A program made the position numbers and the translations under genes. This document shows positions 1-10,290 of a stretch of DNA of 64,000 nucleotides, piece after piece. The stretch is taken from positions 64,001 through 128,000 of the forward strand of contig JBFXKG010000003.1 in NCBI GenBank assembly GCA_050174015.1, read 5' to 3'. Within the stretch, counting starts at the first letter, position 1; every line of letters starts with the position of its first letter. Source of the stretch: Candidatus Krumholzibacteriia bacterium. GTDB taxonomy: Bacteria; Krumholzibacteriota; Krumholzibacteriia; LZORAL124-64-63. The notes below the pieces were generated by a model. That model did no database searches and was not told the DNA's origin. It saw only the letters and a program-made list of their open reading frames with translations.

Positions 1-2
1 TG

Positions 3-230
3 GCCCGACGGTCCCTGGCGGCGCTGGCGGAAGGCCGATCGGTGGGACGGGGCGAGGTCTTCGCCTGGCTGGGCGAACCGGCGGAGAACGGGGGCTGGCC
101 GCCCCACCTCCACTTCCAGCTGATCACCGACCTGCTGGGGATGCGGGGCGATTTTCCCGGCGTGGCCACGGTCTCGGAGAGGGAATACTGGCTGGGGCTC
201 TGTCCCGATCCGTCGGATCTGATGGTCTGA
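3..230 (+). CDS. Partial (5' end outside window) M23-family peptidase domain protein
   Basis: Frame is open from base 3; 'ENGGWPPHLHFQ' is the HxH motif of M23 peptidases. Confidence 0.7.
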   Translation, partial: ARRSLAALAEGRSVGRGEVFAWLGEPAENGGWPPHLHFQLITDLLGMRGDFPGVATVSEREYWLGLCPDPSDLMV

Positions 231-315
231 CCCGGTTGCACCGGGCCCAGGAATCCCTTACCATCAGGGAGTCACACCCTGATCGGCTCCACCGGGGCAT
301 GAGAGGAAGGGGACC

Positions 316-1590
316 ATGGTTTGCTCGCAACCTGGTATCTCCAGGCGGGTGTTGCTGTCTTTTGCCATCCTGCTGACCGTTTTCCTGGTTTCCTGCGGCG
401 ATGACGATCCGGCCCGGCCGGGGTCCCTCGTCGATCTCGGGGGCTACGTCCTGGGACCGGACGGAACCGCCGCCGCCGGGGCCTCCGTCTACCTGGGCAT
501 GGCCCTGCCGTTCTGGGTATCGCCCGCAGTTGTCATCGAGGATTCCACGCTGACCGACCGCCTGGGCCGCTACGCCTTCGACGAGATGGAGGAAGGAGCC
601 CTCCGGGTCTACGCGGGGATCTGGAACCGGGAGGGCGAGGACTTCAGCGCCGTCAGCCCCTTCTGTCCGCCGATCGATTTCACCTCGGGCCGGCCGGCTC
701 CTCCTGTCGATCTGGTGATGTGGGAAGTCAGGACCGAAGGCGTCGTCAGCGGCAAGGTGTTCTATCCCGGGGGAACCGAAATCATCCCCGCGGACAGCAC
801 GACCGTCACCCTGGAACGATACCGCGGCGCCCAGTTCGTTCCCGAGGGTTCGGTGGAGACCACCGAGGACGGTGATTACGCCCTCCCGGCCGTGCCCACC
901 GGCAACTTTATCGTCCACGCCATGCGGATCATCATGTCCGATGCGCCGTTCCCCAGCTACCTCGCGGGCGAAACCGCGCCCTTCTTCTGCGACGGCCTCC
1001 ACCTGGTCCGGGTCCCGGACCTGACGCTCGAAGAGGCAGCCGTCGAGAAACCCGCGGTCTACGTCTATCCGGCGGAACCCGGGCAGCACACGGTGCGCCT
1101 GGACTTCGCCGATGGCGTGCGGATGACCCGCAGCATCCCCGAGTACGGCGACGGCTGGGACGTCTTCATCGACCGCGACGGCCGCATCGACCGGCAGTGG
1201 GACTACCTGTTCTACGAGGTCGCCATGACCGGCGTCCCCCTGGTGCGCGAGGGCTGGTGCCTGCCCCGGGCCGATGCCGAGGCGGGTCTGGAACGCATCG
1301 TCCGCGGGCTGGGATTGAACGATCGCGAAACGGGGGACTTCCTGGAGTACTGGATCCCGAGGCTGCCCCGCGAGCGGTTCGTCGTGATCAAGCCGGTCAC
1401 CGGCAGGCACCTGGACCACCTGGCGGCCCTGCAGGTCCGGCCCGCACCCGACACCGAGTTGAGGTTCTGGTTGCTGTTCAGCCCGTCCGGGCGTTTCATC
1501 GACCTGCCCGCGCCCCCTCAGGACACGTTCGTCCGCCGGGGCGGAGTCGTGGTGGAATGGGGCGGGGCCGTGGTGCCTCTCCCGCGCTAG
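316..1590 (+). CDS. Lipoprotein with carboxypeptidase-regulatory-like beta domains and a conserved C-terminal 'KPxxYxYP...YLFYE...EWGG' domain of unknown function
   Basis: Lipobox-like LVSC after a hydrophobic stretch; purine-rich RBS; recognisable KPAVYVYP/YLFYE/VEWGG motifs. Confidence 0.7.
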   Translation: MVCSQPGISRRVLLSFAILLTVFLVSCGDDDPARPGSLVDLGGYVLGPDGTAAAGASVYLGMALPFWVSPAVVIEDSTLTDRLGRYAFDEMEEGALRVYAGIWNREGEDFSAVSPFCPPIDFTSGRPAPPVDLVMWEVRTEGVVSGKVFYPGGTEIIPADSTTVTLERYRGAQFVPEGSVETTEDGDYALPAVPTGNFIVHAMRIIMSDAPFPSYLAGETAPFFCDGLHLVRVPDLTLEEAAVEKPAVYVYPAEPGQHTVRLDFADGVRMTRSIPEYGDGWDVFIDRDGRIDRQWDYLFYEVAMTGVPLVREGWCLPRADAEAGLERIVRGLGLNDRETGDFLEYWIPRLPRERFVVIKPVTGRHLDHLAALQVRPAPDTELRFWLLFSPSGRFIDLPAPPQDTFVRRGGVVVEWGGAVVPLPR

Positions 1591-1606
1591 GAGGCCTTTC
1601 ATCTTC

Positions 1607-2626
1607 ATGCTGCGAAGCTCCGGCCCGCCGCGCGGGGTTCTGCCCCGCCTGTGGTGCCCTCCGCTGACCCATTACGACGGGGCCGGCGCCATCGATCACG
1701 CCCGCATGGAGGCCCACTGGGGGTTCATGCGGCGATCCATCCGGGGATTCCTGGTGCCGGGTTCGACGGGGGACGCCTGGGAGATGACGCCCTCCGAGCA
1801 GGACGCCGTCATCGCCGCCGCCCTGGACCGGGTGGCATCCGGCGGCGGGGAGCTGCTGCTGGGCGCCCTGCATCCGGATGCGCCGGAGACCCTGGCGGCG
1901 ATCTCGTCCCAGCTGGATGGCCTGAAGCGGCGGACCGGGCGCGCCGATTCCCGGGAAGCCATGGCAGCCGCCGGGGTGCGGGCGTTCACGGTCTGCCCCC
2001 CCGCGGGAGAGGATCGCACCCAGGAAGGCATCGAGGCGGGGCTCGCGGCGATCCTGGATCTCGGCGTTCCGGTGGCCCTGTATCAGCTGCCCCAGGTCAC
2101 CCGGAACGAGATGTCCCCCGGTCTGGTCGCCGGCCTGGCGGCCCAGTATCCCAACCTGATCCTGCTGAAGGATTCCAGCGGAGACGACCGGGTCGCCCGG
2201 TCCGGATTCACGCGGGACCTGTTCCTGGTGCGGGGGGCGGAAGGGGATTACGCCGGCTGGCTGACCGAAGGCGGCGGACCCTACCACGGCCTTCTGCTCA
2301 GCACCGCCAACTGTTTCCCGGGTCAGCTCCAGGCGGTCATCGGCCACCTCGAGCAGGGGCGGGTCGCCGAGGCCCGGGCGCTTTCGGGCCGGTTGTCCCA
2401 GGTGGCGGCGCAGGTCTTCGACCTCGTGGCCGATCTGCCCGAGGGCAACGCCTTCGCCAACGCCAACAAGGCCATGGATCACTTCATGGCCTGGGGCTTG
2501 AAGGCCTCGCGGGCGCCGGCTCCCCGCCTGCACGCGGGGTCGGAGATCCCCCGGAAGCTGCTGGCCCGGGTGGCCATCATCCTGGCGGAGGCGGGCTTCT
2601 TCCCGGATCAGGGATATCTGGGCTGA
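1607..2626 (+). CDS. Dihydrodipicolinate synthase (DapA/NAL)-family aldolase
   Basis: GSTGD, LYQLP (Tyr) and LKDSSG (Schiff-base Lys) motifs; GGAGG RBS. Confidence 0.8.
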   Translation: MLRSSGPPRGVLPRLWCPPLTHYDGAGAIDHARMEAHWGFMRRSIRGFLVPGSTGDAWEMTPSEQDAVIAAALDRVASGGGELLLGALHPDAPETLAAISSQLDGLKRRTGRADSREAMAAAGVRAFTVCPPAGEDRTQEGIEAGLAAILDLGVPVALYQLPQVTRNEMSPGLVAGLAAQYPNLILLKDSSGDDRVARSGFTRDLFLVRGAEGDYAGWLTEGGGPYHGLLLSTANCFPGQLQAVIGHLEQGRVAEARALSGRLSQVAAQVFDLVADLPEGNAFANANKAMDHFMAWGLKASRAPAPRLHAGSEIPRKLLARVAIILAEAGFFPDQGYLG

Positions 2627-3314
2627 GGCGTCGGATCGGAGCCGCTGCTGGGGCGGCGGGGCAGACCGCCTTCTCGGTCGCGGCCGGGCGCAGCAGGATG
2701 GTCGCAGGAGTCCTCAGCAGGATGCGCAGGTCGTTGCCCAGCGAACAGTTGACGGCGTATTCCACATCCTCCGCCACAAAGGTGAGAAGGTCGAGCGCCT
2801 GGTCCCTGCGGGTCACCTGCCAGAATCCCGTCAGACCCGGTTTCACCGAGAACCGCACCCGGTCCCGGCCGCGATAGGCCACCAGGTGGTCCAGCATCTC
2901 CGGCCTGGGTCCGACCAGACTCATCTCCCCGCGCAGAACGTTCACGAGCTGGGGTAGTTCGTCCAGGCAGAAACGGCGGAGCAGGTTGCCCAGGGTCGTC
3001 CGGCGGGGGTCGTCGGGGCCGGGCAAGGGGGCCCGGCGGTCGGGTCCGGCGAAAGGAGCCCGTCCCCGCCGCCGGTCCGGCTTCATGGTCCTGAACTTCA
3101 GGCAGGTGAAGGGGCGGCAGTCGAGCCCGGCTCGGGCCTGGCGGAACAGGACCCCCCGGCCGAGTCCGATGCGCACTCCGACAGCGCACAGGGCCATGAG
3201 GGGGGCGGCCAGGATGAGGAGAAGGCCGGCGGCGACCCGATCCAGACCGGCCTTGCCCCGGTCCAGGTACCAGGCCTGGAAGCGCGTCCCCGGGGGATCC
3301 TTCAGTCTGAACAT
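2577..3314 (-). CDS. Bacterial sugar transferase (polyprenyl-phosphate glycosyl-1-P transferase family)
   Basis: C-terminal part of ORF 2577..4967: KFRTM, LDELPQLVNVLRGEMSLVGPRP, KPGLTG; likely ATG at 3314 overlapping the upstream stop. Confidence 0.85.
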   Translation of the reverse strand: MFRLKDPPGTRFQAWYLDRGKAGLDRVAAGLLLILAAPLMALCAVGVRIGLGRGVLFRQARAGLDCRPFTCLKFRTMKPDRRRGRAPFAGPDRRAPLPGPDDPRRTTLGNLLRRFCLDELPQLVNVLRGEMSLVGPRPEMLDHLVAYRGRDRVRFSVKPGLTGFWQVTRRDQALDLLTFVAEDVEYAVNCSLGNDLRILLRTPATILLRPAATEKAVCPAAPAAAPIRRLSPDIPDPGRSPPPPG

Positions 3315-4048
3315 GATCCCGCTCCGGCGAGGCTGGCGACCCCCCGGGCCAGCATGAAGGCCTCGGCCAGGGGGACCCCGATCTGGGATCCGCGATATCG
3401 GGCGAGCACGTCCACACCTTCCCGGGACCGGGGGTGGGGCCATCGCCTCAGTTCGGACTCGTAGCAGGCCAGGGCGCGGATCTTGGCCTGCCAGGCCGCA
3501 TCGGTCAGGGGGTACCAGAGGGTGGGGCAGAACGGGTTGCCGACGGTCTGCTCGCACCATTCGGTCGAAGACTGGACCTCGAAGAAGACCAGATCGGCAG
3601 GGAGGTTGAGCCCGTCCGGGCGGACGGCGGTGCGGGTGGCCGCGGAGGTGATCTGGTGGTCGCGGCTCAGATCCCCGGGGAAGTGGGTCATGACCATGGT
3701 CGGCGACGTTTCCGCCACGGTCCTCTCGATGACCTTGACCAGCTCGATGCGGGGAACGGTGCAGAAGCGGTTGTCGGGGAAATCGTGGAGATCGAGGCTC
3801 CAGCCGCCGATCGCCGCGGCGGCGCGGGCGGCCACGATCCGTTCGTCCTTGAAGCGCCGGCGGGTTTCCGGGTCCAGGTCCCGGCTGTCCGAGGCCACGC
3901 TGAGGATGACGACCTTCACGCCGATTCCGGCCCGCACAGCGTCGGCCAGCGCGCCCCCGGCGCCGAGGACCTCGTCGTCGCCGTGGGCGGCGATCACCAG
4001 GATCCGTCCTTCCCGGGCGTTTCCCCACAACCAGTCCCGCAGCTCCAC
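3302..4048 (-). CDS. PIG-L/LmbE-family N-acetylhexosamine deacetylase
   Basis: AHGDDE and DH metal motifs, C-terminal AEAF. Confidence 0.85.
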   Translation of the reverse strand: MELRDWLWGNAREGRILVIAAHGDDEVLGAGGALADAVRAGIGVKVVILSVASDSRDLDPETRRRFKDERIVAARAAAAIGGWSLDLHDFPDNRFCTVPRIELVKVIERTVAETSPTMVMTHFPGDLSRDHQITSAATRTAVRPDGLNLPADLVFFEVQSSTEWCEQTVGNPFCPTLWYPLTDAAWQAKIRALACYESELRRWPHPRSREGVDVLARYRGSQIGVPLAEAFMLARGVASLAGAGSCSD

Positions 4049-4078
4049 GTTCCCTCCTCCGGATGGGTGTATCCCCCG

Positions 4079-5044
4079 TCAATCGCTGACCCGCGGATTC
4101 CTGCGGGCCAGGTTCAAGGCGGCCAGCAGGGTATACCTGAGCAGGAGTCCCGGCAGGACCAGCGCCATGCCCGGAACCCGCCATTTGCCGTGTTTCCAGT
4201 AATACAAGCCCATGGAACGATGGAAGTGGAACAGCATCCCCAGGGGTCGGGTCCTCGTCGAGGCCCCCTTGATGTGGACCGTCGTTCCGGACGGGTCGTA
4301 CCCGATGGACCAGCCTGCCTGGTGGGCCCGCCGGCACCAGTCCATCTCTTCGGCGTACATGAAGAACCGCTCGTCGAGCGGGCCGATCCTCTCGAGCGCC
4401 TCCCTGCGGATCATCATGTAGCAGCCGTCGATGAGGGGGACCTCCTGGGCCCGGTCCTCGTCCAGGTAACGGGCGTCGTAGCGGGCGAACAGGCGGCTGC
4501 GCGGGAACAACCGGCTGAGTCCGGCGAACCGCACCGCGGCGTCCCAGAGGCCGGGGAAGTTCCGCTTGCAGGAGGGGTCGAGCCGTCCGTCGGGCCGGAC
4601 GACCTTGCATGATGCCGCAGCCGTTCCGGGATGGGCCGCGAGGTAGTCGGCGGTGGCGGCCATCGCGCCGGGCCGGGGGACGGTGTCCGGATTGAGCAGG
4701 AGGATGAACCTGCCCCGGGCTGCGGCCATCCCCTGGTTGCCGGCGGCGGCGAACCCGCGGTTGTGGGTGTTGGCGATCAGCAGCACCCGGGGATGCGTCC
4801 TTCGCACCCAGTCGGCCGTACCCTCGGGGCAGGCGTTGTCGACGATGATGATTTCCGCGGTCAGGGGTGAGGCGGCGGCGGGGATGGCGTCCAGGCAGGC
4901 GGGAAGGAACGCCCGCGACCGGTAGGTGACGATGACGATGCTGATCCCGGGTGCAGGGTAGAGACATCCGCCAGGGCGGCTCGCATCTTTCGGATCACGG
5001 TCGCGCCGCGGTTCGGGAGAACCGCGGGGCCGGTGGTCCTGCAT
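4079..5044 (-). CDS. GT2 glycosyltransferase (start uncertain)
   Basis: SIVIVTY, IIVDNA, NRGFAAAGN, LLNPD, FFMYAEEMDWC motifs. Confidence 0.85.
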   Translation of the reverse strand: MQDHRPRGSPEPRRDRDPKDASRPGGCLYPAPGISIVIVTYRSRAFLPACLDAIPAAASPLTAEIIIVDNACPEGTADWVRRTHPRVLLIANTHNRGFAAAGNQGMAAARGRFILLLNPDTVPRPGAMAATADYLAAHPGTAAASCKVVRPDGRLDPSCKRNFPGLWDAAVRFAGLSRLFPRSRLFARYDARYLDEDRAQEVPLIDGCYMMIRREALERIGPLDERFFMYAEEMDWCRRAHQAGWSIGYDPSGTTVHIKGASTRTRPLGMLFHFHRSMGLYYWKHGKWRVPGMALVLPGLLLRYTLLAALNLARRNPRVSD

Positions 5045-5146
5045 GGTCGTCCCCCTCGACCGGGAAATCCGGCCACCCTCGAGAAGGGAGGCCGGGCGCA
5101 TGACCCGGAGGTATCCTAACACATTCCGCCGTCCCGGATGGAAAAA

Positions 5147-6535
5147 TCAGGACCCGCCCCGGACGGCGGCGATATCGGAGGGATCCAGCGGCTTGACCGG
5201 CCCCAAACGCCGTTTTCCCCCGGTGGTGATCAACCAGTTCTCCTCGTTGCGGACGCCCCCGAAATCCCGCCACTTGTCCAGTTCGTCGAAATCCAGGAAT
5301 TCCGCACAGTGGCCGGAGGTCCGCCAGGCGTCCATCAGCTGGGGGATGAAGTAGATGCCGGGCTCGACGGTCAGGACGAATCCGGGCTGGAGGGGACGGG
5401 CCAGGCGCAGCGACTTCAGGCCGAACTGCGTGCTGCGGGGCAAGCCGCCGTAGCCCACGAGCGCCTCGCCGAGATCCTCCATGTCGTGCACGTCCAGGCC
5501 CATCATATGGCCCACGCCGCAGGGGAAGACCATGGCGTGGGCGCCCGCGGCCACAGCCTCCGCCGTGTCGCCCTTCATCAGACCCAGTCCCTTCATGCCC
5601 TCGGCGATGACCCGTGCGGCGGCGAAGTGGACGTCCCGGTTGGGCACGCCCGGTCCCAGGGCGTCCACGGCCGCGTGGTAGGCCTGCAGGCTCAGGTCGT
5701 AGATCAGGCGCTGGCGGGGCGTGAAGTCGGGATCGACGGGCACGGTGGAGGAGAGGTCGGCGGCATAGCCCAGGGGGCCCTCGGCGCCCGCGTCCAGCAG
5801 GAACAGGCCGCCAGATTCCAGGATGCCGTCGTGGTGGTGGTTGTGCAGCACCTGTCCGCGGACCGTGGCGATGACGGGGTAGGACAGGTGGCAGCCGGCC
5901 GCCTCGGCGATGCGGGTCACCTCCGCCGCGATGGCGCGTTCGCCCACGCCGGGGCGGGCCATCCTCATGGCGGTCGCGTGCATGTCCACGGACACGCCGA
6001 CGGCGCGCTCGATCTGCTCGATCTCCTCGGGGGCCTTGACCGACCGCTGGGCGACGACGGCCTCGATCAACGCGCGCGAGGCGCGGGCTCCCGCCTCGGC
6101 CGGGGCGATTCCGAGCAGGCCCATCAGCTTCAGCTTGTTGGCGGCCCGGTATGGTGGCAGGAAATGGATGGTCCTGCCGGCGGCGCGGGCCCTCGCCAGG
6201 ACCCCGGGCAGATCGGCCGTCGGAAGGGTTCCGGTGACGCCGCAGGCGGCGGCGCGTTCGGCGATGGTGGGCAGCGGGCCGGTCCAGACGACGTCGTCGA
6301 TCGTCAGCTCATCACCGAAGACGGTGGCCGTGCCCTCGTCCGTGTCGATGACGGCGGCCAGGTCCGGCTGGTCGAGCCCGAAGAAGTAGAGGAAGGTGCT
6401 GTCCTGCCGGAACCGGTGGCAGTTGTCCGCATAGTTCATGGGGCTCTCGGAGTTGCCGAGCAGCAGGACCAGGCCGCCGTCGAGGGCGGAGCACAGGGCG
6501 GCGCGGCGCCGGGTGTAGGTGGGTTCCGGGAACAT
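5147..6535 (-). CDS. pepP: Xaa-Pro aminopeptidase (M24B)
   Basis: FRQDSTFLYF N-domain; DAGAE, D, GHMMGLDVHD, TVEPGIYF, GGVRNE metal ligands. Confidence 0.85.
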   Translation of the reverse strand: MFPEPTYTRRRAALCSALDGGLVLLLGNSESPMNYADNCHRFRQDSTFLYFFGLDQPDLAAVIDTDEGTATVFGDELTIDDVVWTGPLPTIAERAAACGVTGTLPTADLPGVLARARAAGRTIHFLPPYRAANKLKLMGLLGIAPAEAGARASRALIEAVVAQRSVKAPEEIEQIERAVGVSVDMHATAMRMARPGVGERAIAAEVTRIAEAAGCHLSYPVIATVRGQVLHNHHHDGILESGGLFLLDAGAEGPLGYAADLSSTVPVDPDFTPRQRLIYDLSLQAYHAAVDALGPGVPNRDVHFAAARVIAEGMKGLGLMKGDTAEAVAAGAHAMVFPCGVGHMMGLDVHDMEDLGEALVGYGGLPRSTQFGLKSLRLARPLQPGFVLTVEPGIYFIPQLMDAWRTSGHCAEFLDFDELDKWRDFGGVRNEENWLITTGGKRRLGPVKPLDPSDIAAVRGGS

Positions 6536-6563
6536 GGCATTCCTTTGCGGTGCGCTCAGGGAT

Positions 6564-8066
6564 CTACTTCACCAGGGACAGCGCCGTGCTCGACTGCGCC
6601 GTCTCGGTCCGCAGGCGGCAGAAGTAGATGCCCGCCGGGCAGGAGCGGCCGGCGTGGTCGCGACCGTCCCAGGTCAAGGTGTGGGCGCCGGCCGGGAACG
6701 CGCCGTCGGCCAGACTCTTCACCATGCGGCCGGCCACGTCGTAGACGGCCACGGTCACCGGCTGGGCTTCGTCGAGCCGGAAGCTCACCTCGGTGCGGGG
6801 ATTGAAGGGATTGGGCGCGGCGGCGAGGGCGGGCCCTCCGGCGGCGGGAGCGTCCTCACGCAACGGGGTTCCGTCATCCACTCGGATCCGGATGAACCGC
6901 GGCCGATAGATGTCCGCGTACCGGAAGTGGTCCCAGAAGTCGAAGGTGTTCACGTTGTAGCTGATCAGGAGCTCGCCCGGGCGCGAGATGTGCGGATGGG
7001 CCTTGGCGTTGTAGGTGTAGATGTCGGGGTCGAGCTGGATCTCGGGAACCTCGTAGACGCGGTGGATGCGCGACCAGGGGCCGACGGGGCTCTCACCGAC
7101 GCGCAGCGAGACGTACCGTCCGATGGCGTCCTCCTGGAAGACCAGGACCCAGCGGCCGGAACCGTCGGGCATGGGCGTGACGCTCAGCTCGCTGCTGACG
7201 CGGGTGGTCAGCTCGGCCAGGTCGGTGACGTCGCCGGACCAGCCGCCGGCTCCGTAATACTCCCAGGTGGTGAAATCGAGGAAGGTCTCCGGCCGCACGC
7301 GAGCGGCAACCAGCTTCTTCACGTAGGGGTCGTTCTGGGTGCCGTAGACGTAGACGAAGCCGTCCGCGTAGGGAGAACCGGAGGCTGCGGTGTTGTCGAG
7401 GATGCCCGCCCCGAAGATGACGTCGCCCCGCGCCCCGTCGTCCGGCAGGAAGAGGGGCGTGTCGATCTGGGCCGGCTCCCGGAGGGGGCCGTCGAGGGGC
7501 AGGGAGATCAGGGTCACGCCCTGCGCGGCGAAGCCGATGCCGCCCGCCGGCGCGATCCTCAGGCCGAAGACGTGCAGGGTCCGCCCGATGGCGATCCCGT
7601 CGCCGAGCCAGTAATAGTCCTCGGGCCCGGTCTCCGGGGTGCTCGGCACCACCAGGGAGGCCGGCGCCCCCGAGCCGTCGGTTCGGTAGAGGAACTCGAT
7701 GGCGGCGGAATCGGGAACCCCGCCCCGGAGCAGGGCCCCGGTGTTGTTGATCATCACGGTGTCGGTCCGCTGCCCGCTGTCGTCCACCTCGCCGATGAAG
7801 GTGTCGCTGAACAGGAAGAGCGTCTGCTGCCCGTCGGCGGCCCCGAAACGGTCGTCGCTCCTCAGGGGGATGGAGTAGATGCCGTCGGCGCCCGTCCAGC
7901 CGCTGTTGCGGTCGAACAGGGCGGTCCAGTCGTCGGCGGTCTCGACCACGAACTGCGGAGGCAACCCGAGCTGGGCGGCGCAGGGAACGGCCGCCGCCAG
8001 GAACAGGATCGCCAACCCGGCGGGAACGAGGATGCGGGACCGGAGACGGAGGGTGTTCGTTGCCAT
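6564..8066 (-). CDS. Secreted DUF4185/DUF5005-like beta-propeller (possible glycoside hydrolase) with C-terminal FlgD-Ig sorting domain
   Basis: Signal peptide; GWTGADG, LFSDTF, YNAKAHP, YRPRF motifs; PNPFNP...WDGRD tail. Confidence 0.7.
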   Translation of the reverse strand: MATNTLRLRSRILVPAGLAILFLAAAVPCAAQLGLPPQFVVETADDWTALFDRNSGWTGADGIYSIPLRSDDRFGAADGQQTLFLFSDTFIGEVDDSGQRTDTVMINNTGALLRGGVPDSAAIEFLYRTDGSGAPASLVVPSTPETGPEDYYWLGDGIAIGRTLHVFGLRIAPAGGIGFAAQGVTLISLPLDGPLREPAQIDTPLFLPDDGARGDVIFGAGILDNTAASGSPYADGFVYVYGTQNDPYVKKLVAARVRPETFLDFTTWEYYGAGGWSGDVTDLAELTTRVSSELSVTPMPDGSGRWVLVFQEDAIGRYVSLRVGESPVGPWSRIHRVYEVPEIQLDPDIYTYNAKAHPHISRPGELLISYNVNTFDFWDHFRYADIYRPRFIRIRVDDGTPLREDAPAAGGPALAAAPNPFNPRTEVSFRLDEAQPVTVAVYDVAGRMVKSLADGAFPAGAHTLTWDGRDHAGRSCPAGIYFCRLRTETAQSSTALSLVK

Positions 8067-8247
8067 CGGTGCACTCCCAAGGTGAAATCCGGCCGCACAT
8101 GACGGCCGGATGGATGCAATGTCATGGATTCCCCTACATTATACCATATTTTCCCATCATCGAGAGGGGCGGATGGATGATCCTGTCGTATCATGTTCCG
8201 ACCCTGCAACGCATCGAAACCTGAACCAGGACGGATTCCCCGTTGCC

Positions 8248-10290
8248 ATGATCGGAACGAGAAGCACGACGCTGACATCCATCCTGTGTGTGGTCCTGGC
8301 GATCCGGATTTCGCCCGCCGGGGCCCAGGAGCCCACCGCGCCCGCACCCGCCGATTCGACGGAGACGACGGTCCTCGAGGATCTGGTGGTGACCGCGGAG
8401 GGGGGCGTCGAGACCGAGGTCCAGACCGGCTTCCTGGACATCGACGCGGCGACGCTGGCGGCCGTTCCGGGCATCGTCGAGGCCGATCCCCTGCGGGCCC
8501 TGCAGGTGCTGCCGGGCGTGCAGGCTGCGTCGGACATCTCGAGCGGTCTGTACATCCGCGGCGGCGGGCCCGACCAGACCCTGGTGCTGATGGACGGGGT
8601 GACGGTCTACAATCCGACCCACGCCTTCGGCTTCTTCTCGACCTTCAACAACGATGCGGTGGACCGGGTCGACCTGTTCAAGGGCGCCTATCCCGCGCGT
8701 TACGGCGGCCGGTTGGGCGCGGTGGTCGACGTGAGGATGAGGCAGGAGTCCTCTCCGCGCACCAGCGTGACCGGCGGGGTGAGCCTCATCTCGGCCCGGG
8801 CCCTGGTCGAGGGCCGCGCGGGGTCCGACCAGTGGCTGGTCAGCGCCCGCCGGAGCTACCTCGAACCCCTGCTGGACGCGCTGCGGACCCCCGAGGATCC
8901 CATCCCCAGCTACGCCTTCTACGACCTGAACGGGACGTACGTCAGCGACCGTGGCGGAGGGCGGACGGTCTTCACCATCTACCATGGCCACGACGGGATC
9001 TTCGTCGATGCCGACGCCAACACCGCGTTCGACCTGGGCTGGGGCAACACGGTGGCCTCCCTGCGGCACGCGCGGTTCCTGGGCGACACCGTCGAAGGTT
9101 CGCTGGGAATCTCCCTCAGCGACTACCGCAGCACGACCGAGGCGGAGTTCCTGGCCACCGCGTTCGACATCGACAACCGCCTGAGCGACGTCACCCTGCG
9201 AGGCGATCTGGACTGGCAGCCCTCGGCCAGCCACCGCATCACGGCGGGGGTGTCCGCGTCCTGGTACGACTTCGCCTACCTGCAGGGGTTCAACAAGGAG
9301 GCATACGTCGACTACGGGGCCCGTCCCCGGGAAACGGCCGCCTACGTGGAGGAACGCTGGACGCCCGACGGTGCGACCACCCTGGGTCTCGGCCTGCGCG
9401 GCCGTCGCATCAGCGACGGGGGCCGGACCTACCTGGAGCCCCGCCTGGCCCTGCGCCGCGGCCTGGGCGACGCCTGGGCGGTGAAGCTGGGCGGCGGGAT
9501 CTACAACCAGTACCTGCAGCTGGTCACGACCGAGGGGTTCACCGCCGGCGACTTCTACCTGCCCATCGACGAATCCGCCGACCCCGGCCGTTCCTGGCAG
9601 TCGGTGGCGGGAGTGGAGTGGCAGCCGCGGCCCGAGGACAGGCTCAGCCTCGAGGTCTACGCCACCGAGCTGGAGAACCTGGTGGAGTTCGACAACCAGG
9701 CGCCCGTGGACCAGACCAGCTTCACCGCCGATGACATCTTCGTCACCGGCGGCGAGGGCTACGCGCGGGGCGTGGAACTCTTCTACCAGAGGACCATGGG
9801 CGACTCGTCGTTCTGGCTGGGCTACACCCTCGGCTGGACGGAGCGCCGCTTCGCCGAGCTCAACGACGGGCAGTGGTATCCGCCCAAGTACGACCGGCGC
9901 CACGATCTGACCGCGCTGGTGACCTGGCGGGCCGGCAGCTGGGACCTGGGCGCCTCGTTCCGCTACGCCACCGGCCAGGCCTTCACGCCGGCTGCGGCGC
10001 GCTACCAGCTGCAGGATCCGGCCACGGGCCAGGACCCGGTCACCGCCCTGGTCCTGCCGGCCGGACGCAACAGCGCGCGCCTGGCGCCCTATCACAGGCT
10101 GGACCTGAGCGCTTCCCGGCCCATCCGGATCTTCGGCCAGCCTCTCGAGCTGGTCATCGAGGTCTTCAACGTCTACAACCGGCGCAACGAGTGGTTCGTG
10201 CAGTACAACACCGACGAGGAGATCACCGAGGCCACCATGGTGCGCATGCTGCCGATCATTCCCAGCGTGGGGGTGAATTTTGAATTCTAG
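8248..10290 (+). CDS. TonB-dependent receptor
   Basis: Signal peptide, plug 'YIRGGGPDQTLVLMDG...YGGRLG', beta-barrel, terminal Phe; ATG 8248 preferred over 8110. Confidence 0.9.
   Translation: MIGTRSTTLTSILCVVLAIRISPAGAQEPTAPAPADSTETTVLEDLVVTAEGGVETEVQTGFLDIDAATLAAVPGIVEADPLRALQVLPGVQAASDISSGLYIRGGGPDQTLVLMDGVTVYNPTHAFGFFSTFNNDAVDRVDLFKGAYPARYGGRLGAVVDVRMRQESSPRTSVTGGVSLISARALVEGRAGSDQWLVSARRSYLEPLLDALRTPEDPIPSYAFYDLNGTYVSDRGGGRTVFTIYHGHDGIFVDADANTAFDLGWGNTVASLRHARFLGDTVEGSLGISLSDYRSTTEAEFLATAFDIDNRLSDVTLRGDLDWQPSASHRITAGVSASWYDFAYLQGFNKEAYVDYGARPRETAAYVEERWTPDGATTLGLGLRGRRISDGGRTYLEPRLALRRGLGDAWAVKLGGGIYNQYLQLVTTEGFTAGDFYLPIDESADPGRSWQSVAGVEWQPRPEDRLSLEVYATELENLVEFDNQAPVDQTSFTADDIFVTGGEGYARGVELFYQRTMGDSSFWLGYTLGWTERRFAELNDGQWYPPKYDRRHDLTALVTWRAGSWDLGASFRYATGQAFTPAAARYQLQDPATGQDPVTALVLPAGRNSARLAPYHRLDLSASRPIRIFGQPLELVIEVFNVYNRRNEWFVQYNTDEEITEATMVRMLPIIPSVGVNFEF

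Noticed and set aside
3315..4967. 796-aa ORF 2577..4967 as a single protein
   Set aside because: Only the last 245 aa are sugar-transferase-like; the rest overlaps the deacetylase and GT2 genes in another frame.
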